DNA of 64,000 nt from Tetramitus jugosus (lineage: Eukaryota > Protista > Heterolobosea), in the NCBI GenBank assembly GCA_937625935.1, contig OW569377.1, positions 1 to 64,000 of the forward strand, read 5' to 3'. The notes under the pieces were generated by a model. The model was not told where the DNA came from. It worked only from the letters and a program-made list of their open reading frames with translations, and did not search any database. This document shows, in pieces, positions 42,272-53,556 of this stretch. The stretch's first letter is position 1. The number at the start of each line of letters is the position of its first letter. The position numbers and the translations under genes are program-made.

Positions 42272-42708
42272 TGTCTATTTTTTTATTTGGGCGCGGTTTT
42301 GTTCGCAGTTTTTGAGCAGCTGTTTTGAGGACATGAGACTCACAAGTGATCTGTTCAAGAAGGACATGATAATGGTCAGGCGAGGAAGGAATTGGACTTC
42401 TTTTCATTGAATGAAATGGGAGCACAACTCGGAATAGAGCATGATCCCACAAGCCACTTTGTGACTTTGAACAGTGAATGCGATACTACAGTTGGAGGAC
42501 CGCCTCACATGAGGCGGTCGTCCACCGAATGGGCAAGATTGTTGAAAGAGAAGACTGTTGTTCGTCAAACTCTCTGCTTTATGGCCAGTATTTTTTCGGT
42601 CGCGCCTGGATATCAATATGGGATGCTGTTTCGATTGAAAATCGAAATCTGAGGAATCATAGACGAACGAAGAACCTGAATTCCTACTTTAAACACCTCT
42701 CATGCATG

Positions 42709-43911
42709 CTAAAGGTTTCCAGATCCTGTTGAAGAAAGGAATAAACGTTCCATGTCTTTCACACACAACCCAAACAGAACTTCTCTGTCTTTCTGTTCAT
42801 TCTCTCTGGCAAATCCACTGGCAGAATCATTAATTTCCAAAATGTACAAATCATCACCAACACCTACAGCATCCACAGTTAACACAGTCATACCACCAAA
42901 CAACTCTGAGCACCAAAGAGCCCAATTTCTAAATCTGTCTGAGACTGGGATCTCCTTCAACACGGATGTGCCCTGATTGCCCTTCCAATTGCTGGATATT
43001 CTCTCATAGACTCGGATATGATCTGGTCCAATCATTTGTACTCGAATATCCAGCTCCTTGTGTGCCACAAATGGTTCAACAGTCACATACTCGCCATATC
43101 TTGTCACAGTTTGTCCAAAGTCTTTGATGTTGGATCCTCTGGTTGACAATTTCATTTTGCCATAGCCTGCTTCAGCTGTTCCTACTTTGACAACGACTTC
43201 ATCCTCCTCGACAACCTTTGCTTTTCTTGTTTTTTCGTTCGTACTCTGTTCTTGTTGTTGCTCACAATCGTCATCATTCTGTTTGGGTCTGATTGGATCT
43301 GGTGTAAACAAGACATCTCTTGGATCTGTGAACATGTATTGATCAATCAATGGAAATTCATCAAATCCATGCAAATCTCTCAAACGACTCAACTCTGCAT
43401 GCACAACTGGTCTACACATGTTCATGTAAATCGAATGAAAGGTATTCATACTGGGCACACGTGCGTACATGAAAGCTAACAAAGTATTGGTATAATCTTC
43501 AGTTAATCTCATACCACAAACCAACTTTCTCACAATGACATAATCTACACGGAATCGGCGGCAGGAACCAGAGGAAGAATCACGCAGCACACATGTGCAC
43601 TGGATCTTTGATTTCTTGCTTGTTTTGTCCCATTCGTTATGACTGACAACATTGACAATATCAGGCCAAGTTGCAATATCCATCTGATATGATAATAGGC
43701 TACCATCTTTGCTGTCATTGATCTGAGAAAAGAGCTGTTTCCAGTGAGCAGCGTTCTGTGGAGCATCAACTACGAGAACATTGATTTTTCTCTTTGGAGG
43801 ACCGGCAGAATCTGAACTGGTTTTTGCAGTGTCTATCTGCTGGGAGCTGCTACTAGGTTCTAGCTCAGAAGGAGATGAAGGTACCTTGTTCTTTTTCCAC
43901 TTTGAAAACAT
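42709..43911 (-). CDS. Synapsin-like ATP-grasp protein
   Basis: VPSMN..SIY, FPLIDQ, VVVKVG.A.AGYGKMK, YVTVEPF....DIRVQ.IG...RVY.R.S.NWK.N.G..VL..I...R..W...SELFGG...TVDAV..YILE.ND. Confidence 0.85.
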   Translation of the reverse strand: MFSKWKKNKVPSSPSELEPSSSSQQIDTAKTSSDSAGPPKRKINVLVVDAPQNAAHWKQLFSQINDSKDGSLLSYQMDIATWPDIVNVVSHNEWDKTSKKSKIQCTCVLRDSSSGSCRRFRVDYVIVRKLVCGMRLTEDYTNTLLAFMYARVPSMNTFHSIYMNMCRPVVHAELSRLRDLHGFDEFPLIDQYMFTDPRDVLFTPDPIRPKQNDDDCEQQQEQSTNEKTRKAKVVEEDEVVVKVGTAEAGYGKMKLSTRGSNIKDFGQTVTRYGEYVTVEPFVAHKELDIRVQMIGPDHIRVYERISSNWKGNQGTSVLKEIPVSDRFRNWALWCSELFGGMTVLTVDAVGVGDDLYILEINDSASGFARENEQKDREVLFGLCVKDMERLFLSSTGSGNL

Positions 43912-44172
43912 CTCTTCTGGTCTTCGCGTTTTCTATGTGGAAGATTGAAACAAGTTCCCTTCATTCCGATTTGGAATTGGCCGACTCCAACACGAAAAAT
44001 GAAACTCCTGTAACTCCTACCGACACGTGATGTTCACGCGCTAAAAACGTGTGTTGTAGGTGCGGCTGAACAACTCCGGGTATTCCATCTCACCTGCTGG
44101 ACCAATAAATAGTTGTTTTGTGTTTCTCATCCTCCTCCAAGATTTCACACAAACACAAGAACACTTATAACT

Positions 44173-45312
44173 ATGACAAACTTTATCTCAAAGCCAATCA
44201 TTTATACTATTGCCTCCGTTTTGTTGGCTCTCTTCTTTGCCACAAGCACCTTGGCTGGTGAGATTCCAGAGTCCTACGATCTCAGAGAACTCCACCCAGA
44301 ATGCATGAGAATTTTGAATCAAGGAAACTGTGGAAGTTGCTGGGCATTCAGTGCAACTCAAGCTCTGACAGATAGATTCTGTATTGCAACAAATGGTACT
44401 TCTATGCCAGACCTCGTTCTCAGTCCACAATATCAAGTCAACTGTGATACTTCCAACTCTGCTTGCCAGGGTGGCTTAACCTTGGGTGCTTACAAGTTTA
44501 TGCAACACTCTGGTGTTGACACATTGTCTTGCACTGAATACGTCAGTGGAACAACTGGAAGAGCCAGCAGATGCGTCAACAAGTGTGACAGCGATGCCAA
44601 TCAATTCCAATTGAGCTATAGCTCCAGTGCTTATTCATTGGTCGGTAGAACTTTGAATGACACCATTACTAACATTCAAAGAGATATCATGAACTATGGA
44701 TCTGTCTCTGTCAGTTTCATTGTTTACACTGATTTCGTTTCCTTCTTCAGCAAGAATCCAAAGGGTATCTACAAGAAGACTCCTGGTGCAACTGCTCGTG
44801 GTGGTCATGCTGTTAAGGCTGTTGGATGGGGTGTATCTGATGATGCTACCAAAACTCCATACTGGATCATTGCCAACTCTTGGGGAGAGGACTTTGGTGA
44901 CAATGGATACTTCAAGATTGTGAGAGGTCAAGACGACAGCAACATTGAATCAAGAGCTGTTACTGCTGGTGTTCCAAAAATCGATGCTAGACACAGAGTT
45001 TACAATGGTAAGATTCCAAGCTATGCCACTCCAGCTGAAATGGTGAACACCAAGGTTGTTGACGGTGGTTTTGACAAGATTGAAATTACTGAAGAGATTG
45101 GTCAAATGTTTGAACAAGTCATTGAAAGAGAAGGCATTAACAGAAAGAGAGCCATTGGCATCATGTCTGCTTACTCCCAAGTCACCAACGGTCAAGTGAA
45201 CTTCAAGCTTGAGATTGCTATGAACAAGGGACCAACCAACGAAGTCAAGATGGCCACTGTGATCATCAACAAGGATCACAAGGACAATTTCAATGTTGTT
45301 AACATGTACTAA
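44173..45312 (+). CDS. Secreted cathepsin B-like (C1A) cysteine protease with C-terminal cystatin-like domain
   Basis: Signal peptide, IPESYDLR, QGNCGSCWAF, CQGG, GGHAVK.VGWG, YWIIANSWG. Tail has GG...SAYSQVTNG.VNFKL. Confidence 0.9.
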   Translation: MTNFISKPIIYTIASVLLALFFATSTLAGEIPESYDLRELHPECMRILNQGNCGSCWAFSATQALTDRFCIATNGTSMPDLVLSPQYQVNCDTSNSACQGGLTLGAYKFMQHSGVDTLSCTEYVSGTTGRASRCVNKCDSDANQFQLSYSSSAYSLVGRTLNDTITNIQRDIMNYGSVSVSFIVYTDFVSFFSKNPKGIYKKTPGATARGGHAVKAVGWGVSDDATKTPYWIIANSWGEDFGDNGYFKIVRGQDDSNIESRAVTAGVPKIDARHRVYNGKIPSYATPAEMVNTKVVDGGFDKIEITEEIGQMFEQVIEREGINRKRAIGIMSAYSQVTNGQVNFKLEIAMNKGPTNEVKMATVIINKDHKDNFNVVNMY

Positions 45313-46461
45313 ATTAAATAGAGCTGTGTATCATTTCGTACGGTTCACCTTCACGCTTCAGAGGCATACCAGGAGCAAACATTCACGCCACCAGAACCAC
45401 GATTGCGATCCAATCAAATACTCTATATTCCCGTATTGTACGAGCATTGGATAAACAACAAGGATTCTACGGGTGTCTCTTCAGATGATTTGAATAAAGA
45501 AGTTCTCGCTTATTAAACACGAAATGCGGAAAGACAAACAAGTACAATTGCTTGCCCCTTGAGCAAACACAGAGTGACCATTCGGTTCATGAACCAGATG
45601 GATAGGTCCAATATTGCCATACAGGATGACAGTATCTAGACTTATCAAGTCGAGACCATGTTGTAGAATGAGACCAAAGGACCAGCATCATTGACTATTC
45701 AGGCAAGTATTGGGCACATGCTAATTTCAGCCAATTGATTAATTCATGGAACTCTTCATTGATCGCAACTAGAGACTCCAGATGCTTACTTTCAATACAG
45801 GACTCTAGCTGGAATCATCATCCTTAATCATTGAATCACCTATCAATCTCAATTCTTCCAATCGCGTAATGACTTCATCTGCCAACTCATTTTGTAGTTG
45901 TTCAGGTCGCTGTTTCGTCTGATCATAATGACATCAGTCATCAATTTTCAGTCCTAAACACCAGTCGAGGAGGATAATAATCAACCCTCTGTAAAAGATT
46001 CTAATTTCACTCTTTGAGAGGATATGACATTTTGGTAACATCATTTCAACGAAACCTTCTTATGTCAGTAAGGTGGAATGAAGTTTTGTAAATTGGAACA
46101 TAAACGCTATCATTCAATCGTATAACACATAGATTCAACTGCATTTCTTCTGATAAGACCCTTGTAGATGTTTTCTTTTGGTTCTCAAGGCGATTCTGGC
46201 AGAGGGGTTCTTCTTTCACAAGTATACTTGCAAGAACATTGGAACGCACATGTACCTCAGGATGCATGTACACATGCATGTGAACCGTTGTTTCTCACCA
46301 GAAATCGATTCTTTTCCGTTTTATTTGTACAATGTTGTAGGGTCGTAGCGTTTGTTCAAAGCAAGGGTACCCTTGTCGATGCAGAACAAACCTGAACTTA
46401 GGATTGCACCTGTTTAGGTTACTTCTTCAGGTTTGGCAGGCGACAAAGACAAGATTTGTTT

Positions 46462-47118
46462 CTACTGACCGAGTGTGTTTGTCTTTCTGTTGGCCTCTCC
46501 TTTTGGAGATCCATCACTTGTGTTTGGTCCATTGTCCATTTGCAAGAATCTTCTCTGCTTCTTGCGAATTCCCTTGGATCCACAGTGAAGACTCTGAGAT
46601 AATGTTTCATTCCTTGGCACGTATCGAAGGAACTTGATGTGCGGAGATTCACTTCCGTTGATTGACAACATTCTTTGTGATGTGGCTAGTTGTTGTTGCT
46701 CTTGTAGATTCATCGAGAAGAGGTGAGTCAGAGTTTGTACAGTGTTAGGGCACAACTCTTTCTCATTTTTTGGCTCGACTTCATTGATCAAGTGCCAAAC
46801 GCTTGTTCTCCTTTTGTCTGGTGTGGACTGGTGGGGCCATCGACCAATGTTCAATTGATAGAATCTTCTCTTGAGTGTCGACAAGGAAACACCCAACTTT
46901 TGAGCTGCCAAGCGTTGTGGGCAGTGAAAGTACTTTTCCATGTCAGCCCTTGAGATTTGGATTGTGTTGCGGAAGGATGTTGGCTTGGATGGGTCAAAGG
47001 CACAAGAAACTTGTGTTTCACATCGAACCAGATCAATTTCGGCAGATCCCAGCTGTGGTTCAGCCACTCGTGGCTGCTGATCCATAATTTCTGTTGGAAG
47101 GAGAATGAGGCCTTTCAT
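46462..47118 (-). CDS. RWP-RK-domain transcription factor
   Basis: ISRADMEKYFHCPQRLAAQKLGVSLSTLKRRFYQLNIGRWP. Confidence 0.88.
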   Translation of the reverse strand: MKGLILLPTEIMDQQPRVAEPQLGSAEIDLVRCETQVSCAFDPSKPTSFRNTIQISRADMEKYFHCPQRLAAQKLGVSLSTLKRRFYQLNIGRWPHQSTPDKRRTSVWHLINEVEPKNEKELCPNTVQTLTHLFSMNLQEQQQLATSQRMLSINGSESPHIKFLRYVPRNETLSQSLHCGSKGIRKKQRRFLQMDNGPNTSDGSPKGEANRKTNTLGQ

Positions 47119-47966
47119 GATTACCAGAGTATTCGATTGTTAGAAGTTATTGAGTTTAAGAGCCTGTTTTCTTGTTGTTAGATAGTTTCAGATCAGAGAG
47201 ATATCGCTGAACATGTCGATCAGGGGTGGGATCGGACATGTCATCACTGGTTGACAGGGAGCGAACTATCTCTTTTAGTATTTTCTCGCGTCAAAGTGTT
47301 TGGCCCACGGGACAGAAACATCTGAAAAATGTTTGTTGATTGGTGACTTGTCATGCACCCGAGACCGAAACTAGAAATGTTGTATCCTTCATTCGAAACT
47401 ACAGCGAAAGGGCCAAAACAAGATATAGAATTACCATTTGGTTAAGGTATTGGAACGTGAATAGTGACAAGTTTAACATTCGATTACACCCAAATAGCCA
47501 AGGGATCAATTTTTGTATCACATTCAAACGCTGTGTTAGGAAAGGGAGACCAGATACTTCTCAGGTTATTCTTTGTTGACGGATAATTGATGAACGTTTT
47601 GGGTACTCTATACTCCTTTGAGATGAAGAACTGTTCGTTAGACTTGTAACTTCAAGACAGATTTTGGTCATTCCGATGAAGGTCGGTGCGGAGTCGAATG
47701 AGAGACAAATATTTGCCAAAGAATACAAGTATTTAGTTGAGAAACACAAGGAGAGTGTGTTGTGGTCAGCTACTCAATCTTCAAGTAACAGAAGAGGATA
47801 GATTGGATGATCTGCAATGTTCGATTGTATTTGAAAAACATTCAAGTTAATAAAGTCCTACATTTATGCAACGTTCTGGTATTGTCACATTGTCGTCAAA
47901 TACCTTATAATCTTAAACTACATGAAAAATAAATTGGATCCTTGTTACAACTTTACTACTCCTTTT

Positions 47967-49295
47967 TTATCTCTTTGGAAACAGCAAAATAAGGAAAAAC
48001 ATGAGGAACGATGCCAAAAGAACAAAGACGATGATCACACTTGTTTTCAGCATACCCACGCGCACATCACTGTTGTGTTGCTTCAACCTTGCGTTCTCTT
48101 CCTTCACACGTTCTGCATTCTTATTGAACAAATCAGAGGCACTGTCCACCAATGAATCATCTGCCAAGAGAGCATCACGTGCTTCGAGTGCTCTCTGTTT
48201 TAGAGCTCCTGTCAACTCTCTGACTTGTCCCGTTAGTTCCTCTTGTGTCATATTTGCATATTGCTCATCTTGCCGCTTTTCCTTGTCATTGCTACTGTCG
48301 TTTTCACCCTTGGAAGAAGAAGTTGTGGTCGTACTTTGTTCATTCTTCTTGTCCGATTCGGCAATTTTGCTCAAGAGTTCCTTCCTTAAATGACCTTGAA
48401 TCTTTCGACTGTGAAACAGTGTCGAAGCTCTCTTTTGTGAGTTACTACCAACACTCGCACGATTACTACTACCAGTAATTGCATTTTTCAATGGTTCACT
48501 ACCCACTTGTTGTGCAGTAAATGTTCTTCTCTTGATCACTACTGGTTGTTCATCCTTTTCCCCCACATTTTCCACATTTTCAACATTTTCAACCACTTTT
48601 TCATTTCTTGTCTCAGAATCATCATCAAAATTCTCTTTGGGTTCATTACTACTCTCTTCTCCAATTGTAGTAGTAGTAGTAGCTAGTTGTTGCTCCAACA
48701 ACCATTCTTCTTCTCTGTTTGCCCTATATTCCAATAATTTTTGTTTCACATTGACATTCATTGAATCAATTCGAAGTTTCCAATTCTGTAATTGACCCAT
48801 TGCCGATATCATTTGTTTACTTGCGATTCCACTTTCACTCATCTGACTATTTTTCTTGTTATTACTACTATTACTATTATTGTTATTTACAGGTTGTTTC
48901 AACAATTGAATTCCATCTTGTACAAAAATCAACATTGATTGAAGTTGATTCATGATCAATGTACACTTTTCATCGCTTTTATCACTTTTATCATCTATTG
49001 TTGTTGTTGTTGTTGTCAGTGTGTTCAATTGATTGAGTTCAAGTTCAATGTTGGTCCATGAAGAGTCCAATCGATGCATCAATCGCCGTACGTTGGTCAA
49101 TATTTTGTTTTGTTGAGCAATGTCATCATTTTTATTTTGATCGACATTTTTATGATGAGAAGAATCATTGTTATTGTTATTGTTGTTAATGTGCTTGTTT
49201 TTGTGGTGAGTAATGATGGCACTTGTTTTGTTGACTAGTTTGTCCCAGTGATCCTCTTGTCGCTTGAGAAAGGTATCGATCCGTGAAGTGATCAT
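47967..49295 (-). CDS. USE1: Use1-like ER Qc-SNARE
   Basis: C-terminal QEELTGQVRELTGALKQRA..LLADD..VD...N...VK.EN.RL followed by a single TM anchor ending LFPKR. ATG at 49295. Confidence 0.75.
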   Translation of the reverse strand: MITSRIDTFLKRQEDHWDKLVNKTSAIITHHKNKHINNNNNNNDSSHHKNVDQNKNDDIAQQNKILTNVRRLMHRLDSSWTNIELELNQLNTLTTTTTTIDDKSDKSDEKCTLIMNQLQSMLIFVQDGIQLLKQPVNNNNSNSSNNKKNSQMSESGIASKQMISAMGQLQNWKLRIDSMNVNVKQKLLEYRANREEEWLLEQQLATTTTTIGEESSNEPKENFDDDSETRNEKVVENVENVENVGEKDEQPVVIKRRTFTAQQVGSEPLKNAITGSSNRASVGSNSQKRASTLFHSRKIQGHLRKELLSKIAESDKKNEQSTTTTSSSKGENDSSNDKEKRQDEQYANMTQEELTGQVRELTGALKQRALEARDALLADDSLVDSASDLFNKNAERVKEENARLKQHNSDVRVGMLKTSVIIVFVLLASFLMFFLILLFPKR

Positions 49296-49398
49296 GTTAT
49301 TGTTTGTTCCTTTTTTTCTGGTTGTTGATTGAATTGGATGTGTCGCTTGATGCAAGTTCCGAGACCCTTGGTGTGAGTTTATTTTTGTGGTTTGTTGG

Positions 49399-50643
49399 TT
49401 AGAGAACACGGTACAGGTGAATGCCAGTCTCGTCTGGTTGTTCACCGTGAGAGTGGTCATGGTGATGATGATTTGGATTGTCGTGTCTGTGATGTTCATG
49501 GTCAATGATACAGTCTTCGGCACACACTTCGTCACCTTCACAGCAGTCATCGCAGCAACCACCGCAATCTCCAGTGGCACAGCAGTCATCCTTGTCCTCT
49601 TGAGCTTCTACACTCTTGCCCAATGGAATCTCTTCGACCCATTGTTCAAATCCGAATGCTTCGAGATCGATTCCTGCAGCAGTCAATGAATCATCGAGTG
49701 CAGGTGTTGTGACAATGATTTGACCTGGCTTGATCAACAATTCCTTCTTGACTCGATTCCAAATGTTCTTTTGTTGTTCAAACTTGGAGAACCATTCAAA
49801 CACATTGTGCATAACGACAATATCAGCACTCTTGACCAGTTCAATCTGTTTGAACACATCAGAGTGAATTACCTTGACTCTGTCTTGCATCTTGTTACCA
49901 TTGACAACCTTTTGGCACAGGTCAGTGAAGAACTTGTTGACTTCGACACCAACAATCTCTGATGCTTCAGTGAAAATGTGAGCATAGAACAATACGGCAC
50001 CAATTCTACTTCCTACATCGACAATCTTCTTGCCCTTGAGTGATGGGAACACCTTTGCCAATCCTCTATATCCAAACACAATTTCCAACTGCTCCGAAGA
50101 CAATGAATTGGACACATAATTCAAGAATTCAGTGTTGCGTGATCCACAATCCAAACAATACGTTCTTGGTACCATTCCCTGTTGTGCCATTCTGTCCACT
50201 TCTTCATCAGAGTACAAAAATGAGTCCAAATGGAAGGAATTTTCTTTTGTGTACTTTTCTGGTTCCATTTCTTCATCTTCTTCATCATCACCATTGCCAT
50301 GATCATGACCACATTGATCATCCTGACAGTCATCACCATGATGATGATGATGACTCTCTTCCATTGCCATCACTGGATAGTGAGCATATCCCTTTTCAAG
50401 CTCATCTGGTGCTTCACCAAATTTGAGTTCTTGAGGTAACCGTGTCTTTAGCTCCTCTATGATTTCTTCAAGCTTCATTTGTTTCTTGAGTGCATCTGGC
50501 TCCGAGTCGACCATGACTTGTTCAAATCGCTTGTGCAACGATTGTTGAGCAAAGTGAATAAATTCGGCAAAGTCTTTGGCATTGGTGGATAAGTGAGTCT
50601 CAACGAGAGATATGAGCTCCTTTTTGGCTTCTTCAAGACCCAT
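49399..50643 (-). CDS. Class I SAM-dependent methyltransferase-like protein with CxxC and His/Cys/Asp-rich tracts
   Basis: Motif I IVDVGSRIG, IVGVEVN, VKVIHSDV, ADIVVMHNVFEWF; HLDSFLY..YCLDCGS. Confidence 0.82.
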   Translation of the reverse strand: MGLEEAKKELISLVETHLSTNAKDFAEFIHFAQQSLHKRFEQVMVDSEPDALKKQMKLEEIIEELKTRLPQELKFGEAPDELEKGYAHYPVMAMEESHHHHHGDDCQDDQCGHDHGNGDDEEDEEMEPEKYTKENSFHLDSFLYSDEEVDRMAQQGMVPRTYCLDCGSRNTEFLNYVSNSLSSEQLEIVFGYRGLAKVFPSLKGKKIVDVGSRIGAVLFYAHIFTEASEIVGVEVNKFFTDLCQKVVNGNKMQDRVKVIHSDVFKQIELVKSADIVVMHNVFEWFSKFEQQKNIWNRVKKELLIKPGQIIVTTPALDDSLTAAGIDLEAFGFEQWVEEIPLGKSVEAQEDKDDCCATGDCGGCCDDCCEGDEVCAEDCIIDHEHHRHDNPNHHHHDHSHGEQPDETGIHLYRVL

Positions 50644-50871
50644 TGTGTGTGAATAAGCAAGTGTGTTGAAATTTGTTGTTGTTTGTTTCTTTGACAGCGT
50701 GAAAAAGCTTGAATGTCGCTCTGGGAAGGGAAATTAACTCTGTCGGGAATAAGGATTGTTCCTCCGTCGGGTGGAGAAACTACAAAAACGTTTGTTTGGG
50801 TTCAGTACACAAACCCAAACACAAAAATTGGTAATTAATTGAACGATTAAGGGTTCATAAAGAAGAGAAAC

Positions 50872-53138
50872 ATGTCAGAAACCACTGAACTAGAAAAAAG
50901 ATCAGAAGAAACTGTGAGTATCGCAGAGGGCAACTCGTCTGCTACTGTGTGTGCCGTACCGTCGTCTAGTCCTCCACTATGTACTTGTCCATTACATCAA
51001 AACACCAGTGATATTCAAGAAAAAATTCAGTTAGAGGTAAATTATGATAGAGAGACGTCACCCGTGTCCTCTCAGCTGGTAAATTCAATGGACGTTAGAG
51101 ACGACGACCATTCAGGCTTGGAATCGAATTCTGATGAAGAAAGGAACGAGTCAAGAATGGAGGATATAGACAATATATTTGATAGTTTTGATGACATTGT
51201 TACTGAAAAAATGCTAAGTATTGACTCCTCGTTGAAACAAGACAGCACTAGCATGGAGGTTGTATCTACACCCCAACACGGAGAAGAAGAACAAGACAGC
51301 AAAATAAGTCGAAAAAGATCACTATCTGGAAGAAGAAAAGGAAGAAGCTCGGCAGTTCTAGCAGACAAACCACCAGATTTTGTGTTGAATATGGTCAGAG
51401 CAATCGAAGAAAAACAACAAGAAAATCATTCTTCGACGATATACTCTAATCAAAACAGGAGAACTCTTGTTCAGGTTTCACCAGATAGCACTGGGTATCC
51501 TACCAGCATTACAAATATTTCGACAGAAACAAAATCATCTTCTCCCAATGGTTTTTCAGCGAAATTCAGAGAAAGGTTGTCAGTGTTTCAAATCGTATCA
51601 CCATTCGGTTCAAAACCCAAATCTAATCTTCAATCCAAAACGGAGACATCTTCTCCTCGGAGTATTGAACCACAGAGGAAGAAAAGCGAAGAGAACTTAG
51701 ACCCGCTTTTACCCCAGAAGGATCCCAAACTATATTACTTAAATTATGAAGAGTTGGTACCGAGGGTTGAAGACGAGACGGACTCTATTGAATATGTTGA
51801 CGAATCAAACAACGAAGATTCGAAAGAGGAGTATGAGAGAAATGTTACAGAGCGGCCAGCAAGGGAGATCAAATGTGCTACAGTCCCTCGCTTGATAGAA
51901 GAGGTATGCTTTTCCTTTGTCAAATGTTGATGATAGACGAATCAAATTAATCAATTTTTCAGTTGACTTCCCACAAAAACTTTGAGAACAAGTTCATGTA
52001 TGCCTTCCTATTGACGTATCGCACCTTTATCTGCCCTTCAGATTTGTTCGATGCTTTGATCGATCGATACAACTTTTCTCCTCCTGACAAGAACATCTCC
52101 AAGGTTGACTTTTGTGTATTTTATGATTCAGTACTGAGTAAGGTGAGAATGCGCGTCAGTCAAGTTCTTAAAAAGTGGATCGATGACCACTTTCATGATT
52201 TTAAGCAGGATCCTCTTCTGATTGCCAAGTGCAATTCTTTTATCGAGCTCATGAAAAGAACCAAAGGAGAAGTGTATGCCACTCAAATATCAAACACGCT
52301 CAAAAAGAAGTTGGACATGAGAGAAAGAGCTCTGAGTAGTAATGGATATCAAGTACTCCAAGCCAGTGACACTATTCCGCCCACAGTTGCATCAACATCG
52401 TTCATATCTAACCCTAGAGCACTAGCACAGCAAGTTACGCTCATTGAGTATGATATGTTTCGGAAAGTAAGGGAAGCAGAGTTAATCAACAAAAATTGGT
52501 CTAAACCAGAACGGCAAACTCTCTCGCCACACATTTTCCAAATGGCGAATTGGTTCAATCGATTAAGTCACTACGTAGCAAGTAGGATTCTAATGGAGGA
52601 AGAGCTAGAGAACAGACGAGACACATTGACTCTGATGATAGAGTGGGCCTATGAAATGTTTAAGCTCAATAATTTCAATGGAGTGTTTGAAGTGTGCAGC
52701 GCCTTGCAGTCCAGCTCCGTTTTTCGACTCAAGAAAACATGGCTTCTCATCAATGTGCAAGTGAAGCAAAAGTTTGACGAGATGATGAAGGTGATATCTG
52801 GCAGTAACAATTTTGTCAGTTTGCGCAAGATGGTCTTTTCAGCAAAGTTACCCTGTCTTCCATACATTGGAATCTATCTAACAGACCTTACATTCATCGA
52901 AGATGGAAATAGCGATGAGTTGAATGGAAAGATTAACTTTATAAAACGGAGAAAGTTGGCTGGAGTGATATCTGATATTAAGATCTATCAACAGACACCG
53001 TACAAGTTCACAGTGGATGAAGAGGCCCAGGAATACCTAAAGACGATTCGAAGTTCACTCTCAAAGGAAGAAATGTATAGTCGGTCGTTGTTACTAGAGC
53101 CGAGAGAGACCCGAAATGTAAATAATCTCCAACCGTAA
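50872..53138 (+). CDS. RasGEF (REM + CDC25), 2 exons (50872-51903, 51963-53138)
   Basis: Intron GTATGC..TTCAG in phase 0. AFLLTYRTF, VLKKW, LAQQVTLIE, LNNFN, RLKKTW, PCLPYIGIYLTDLTFIEDGN, INF.KRR. Confidence 0.94.
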
Positions 53139-53556
53139 CCGGTGATCTGAGGTCTAGATAATTATTGATAAGCTCGAAGAGAAACAAAGTACTAAGGAAT
53201 CATTCTCCTTCTTTACTCCGAGGACAAAATCATGTTGTGTTCAATCCTGAAAGATATCAGTAAAACAATACACAGTTTCGGTCAACCAAAAAGTCAATCA
53301 CAGTTCCCTAAAAAAACTCCTTTCTACTGTGCAAATCGAAAGAGCGCAGGTCCATAATTATCTTTAGCAGAAAAGAAGCGAACAACTCCGGTGTTCGGTT
53401 TCTGAGCTCAAATAATCCCCTGCAGAAAAAAAAACTCACATCACAACCTGGTCGCGAAACTTCAAAAAAAACCACCTGTAAAGAAAACAAACTCCCAAGT
53501 CAAGCACTCATCCAGTGACAAACAACAACAATCTTATCAACAAACAACAACAAAAT

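Noticed and set aside
45500-46450. Coding-like minus-strand patches (e.g. EQLQNELADEVITRLEELRL)
   Set aside because: Interrupted by stops, with no consistent splice model or recognisable family. Possibly a decayed gene, but not supportable.
49296-49589. Apparent overlap of the Use1 ORF with the methyltransferase 3' end
   Set aside because: The extension is an alternative-frame read of the His/Cys tail. The likely start is ATG 49295.
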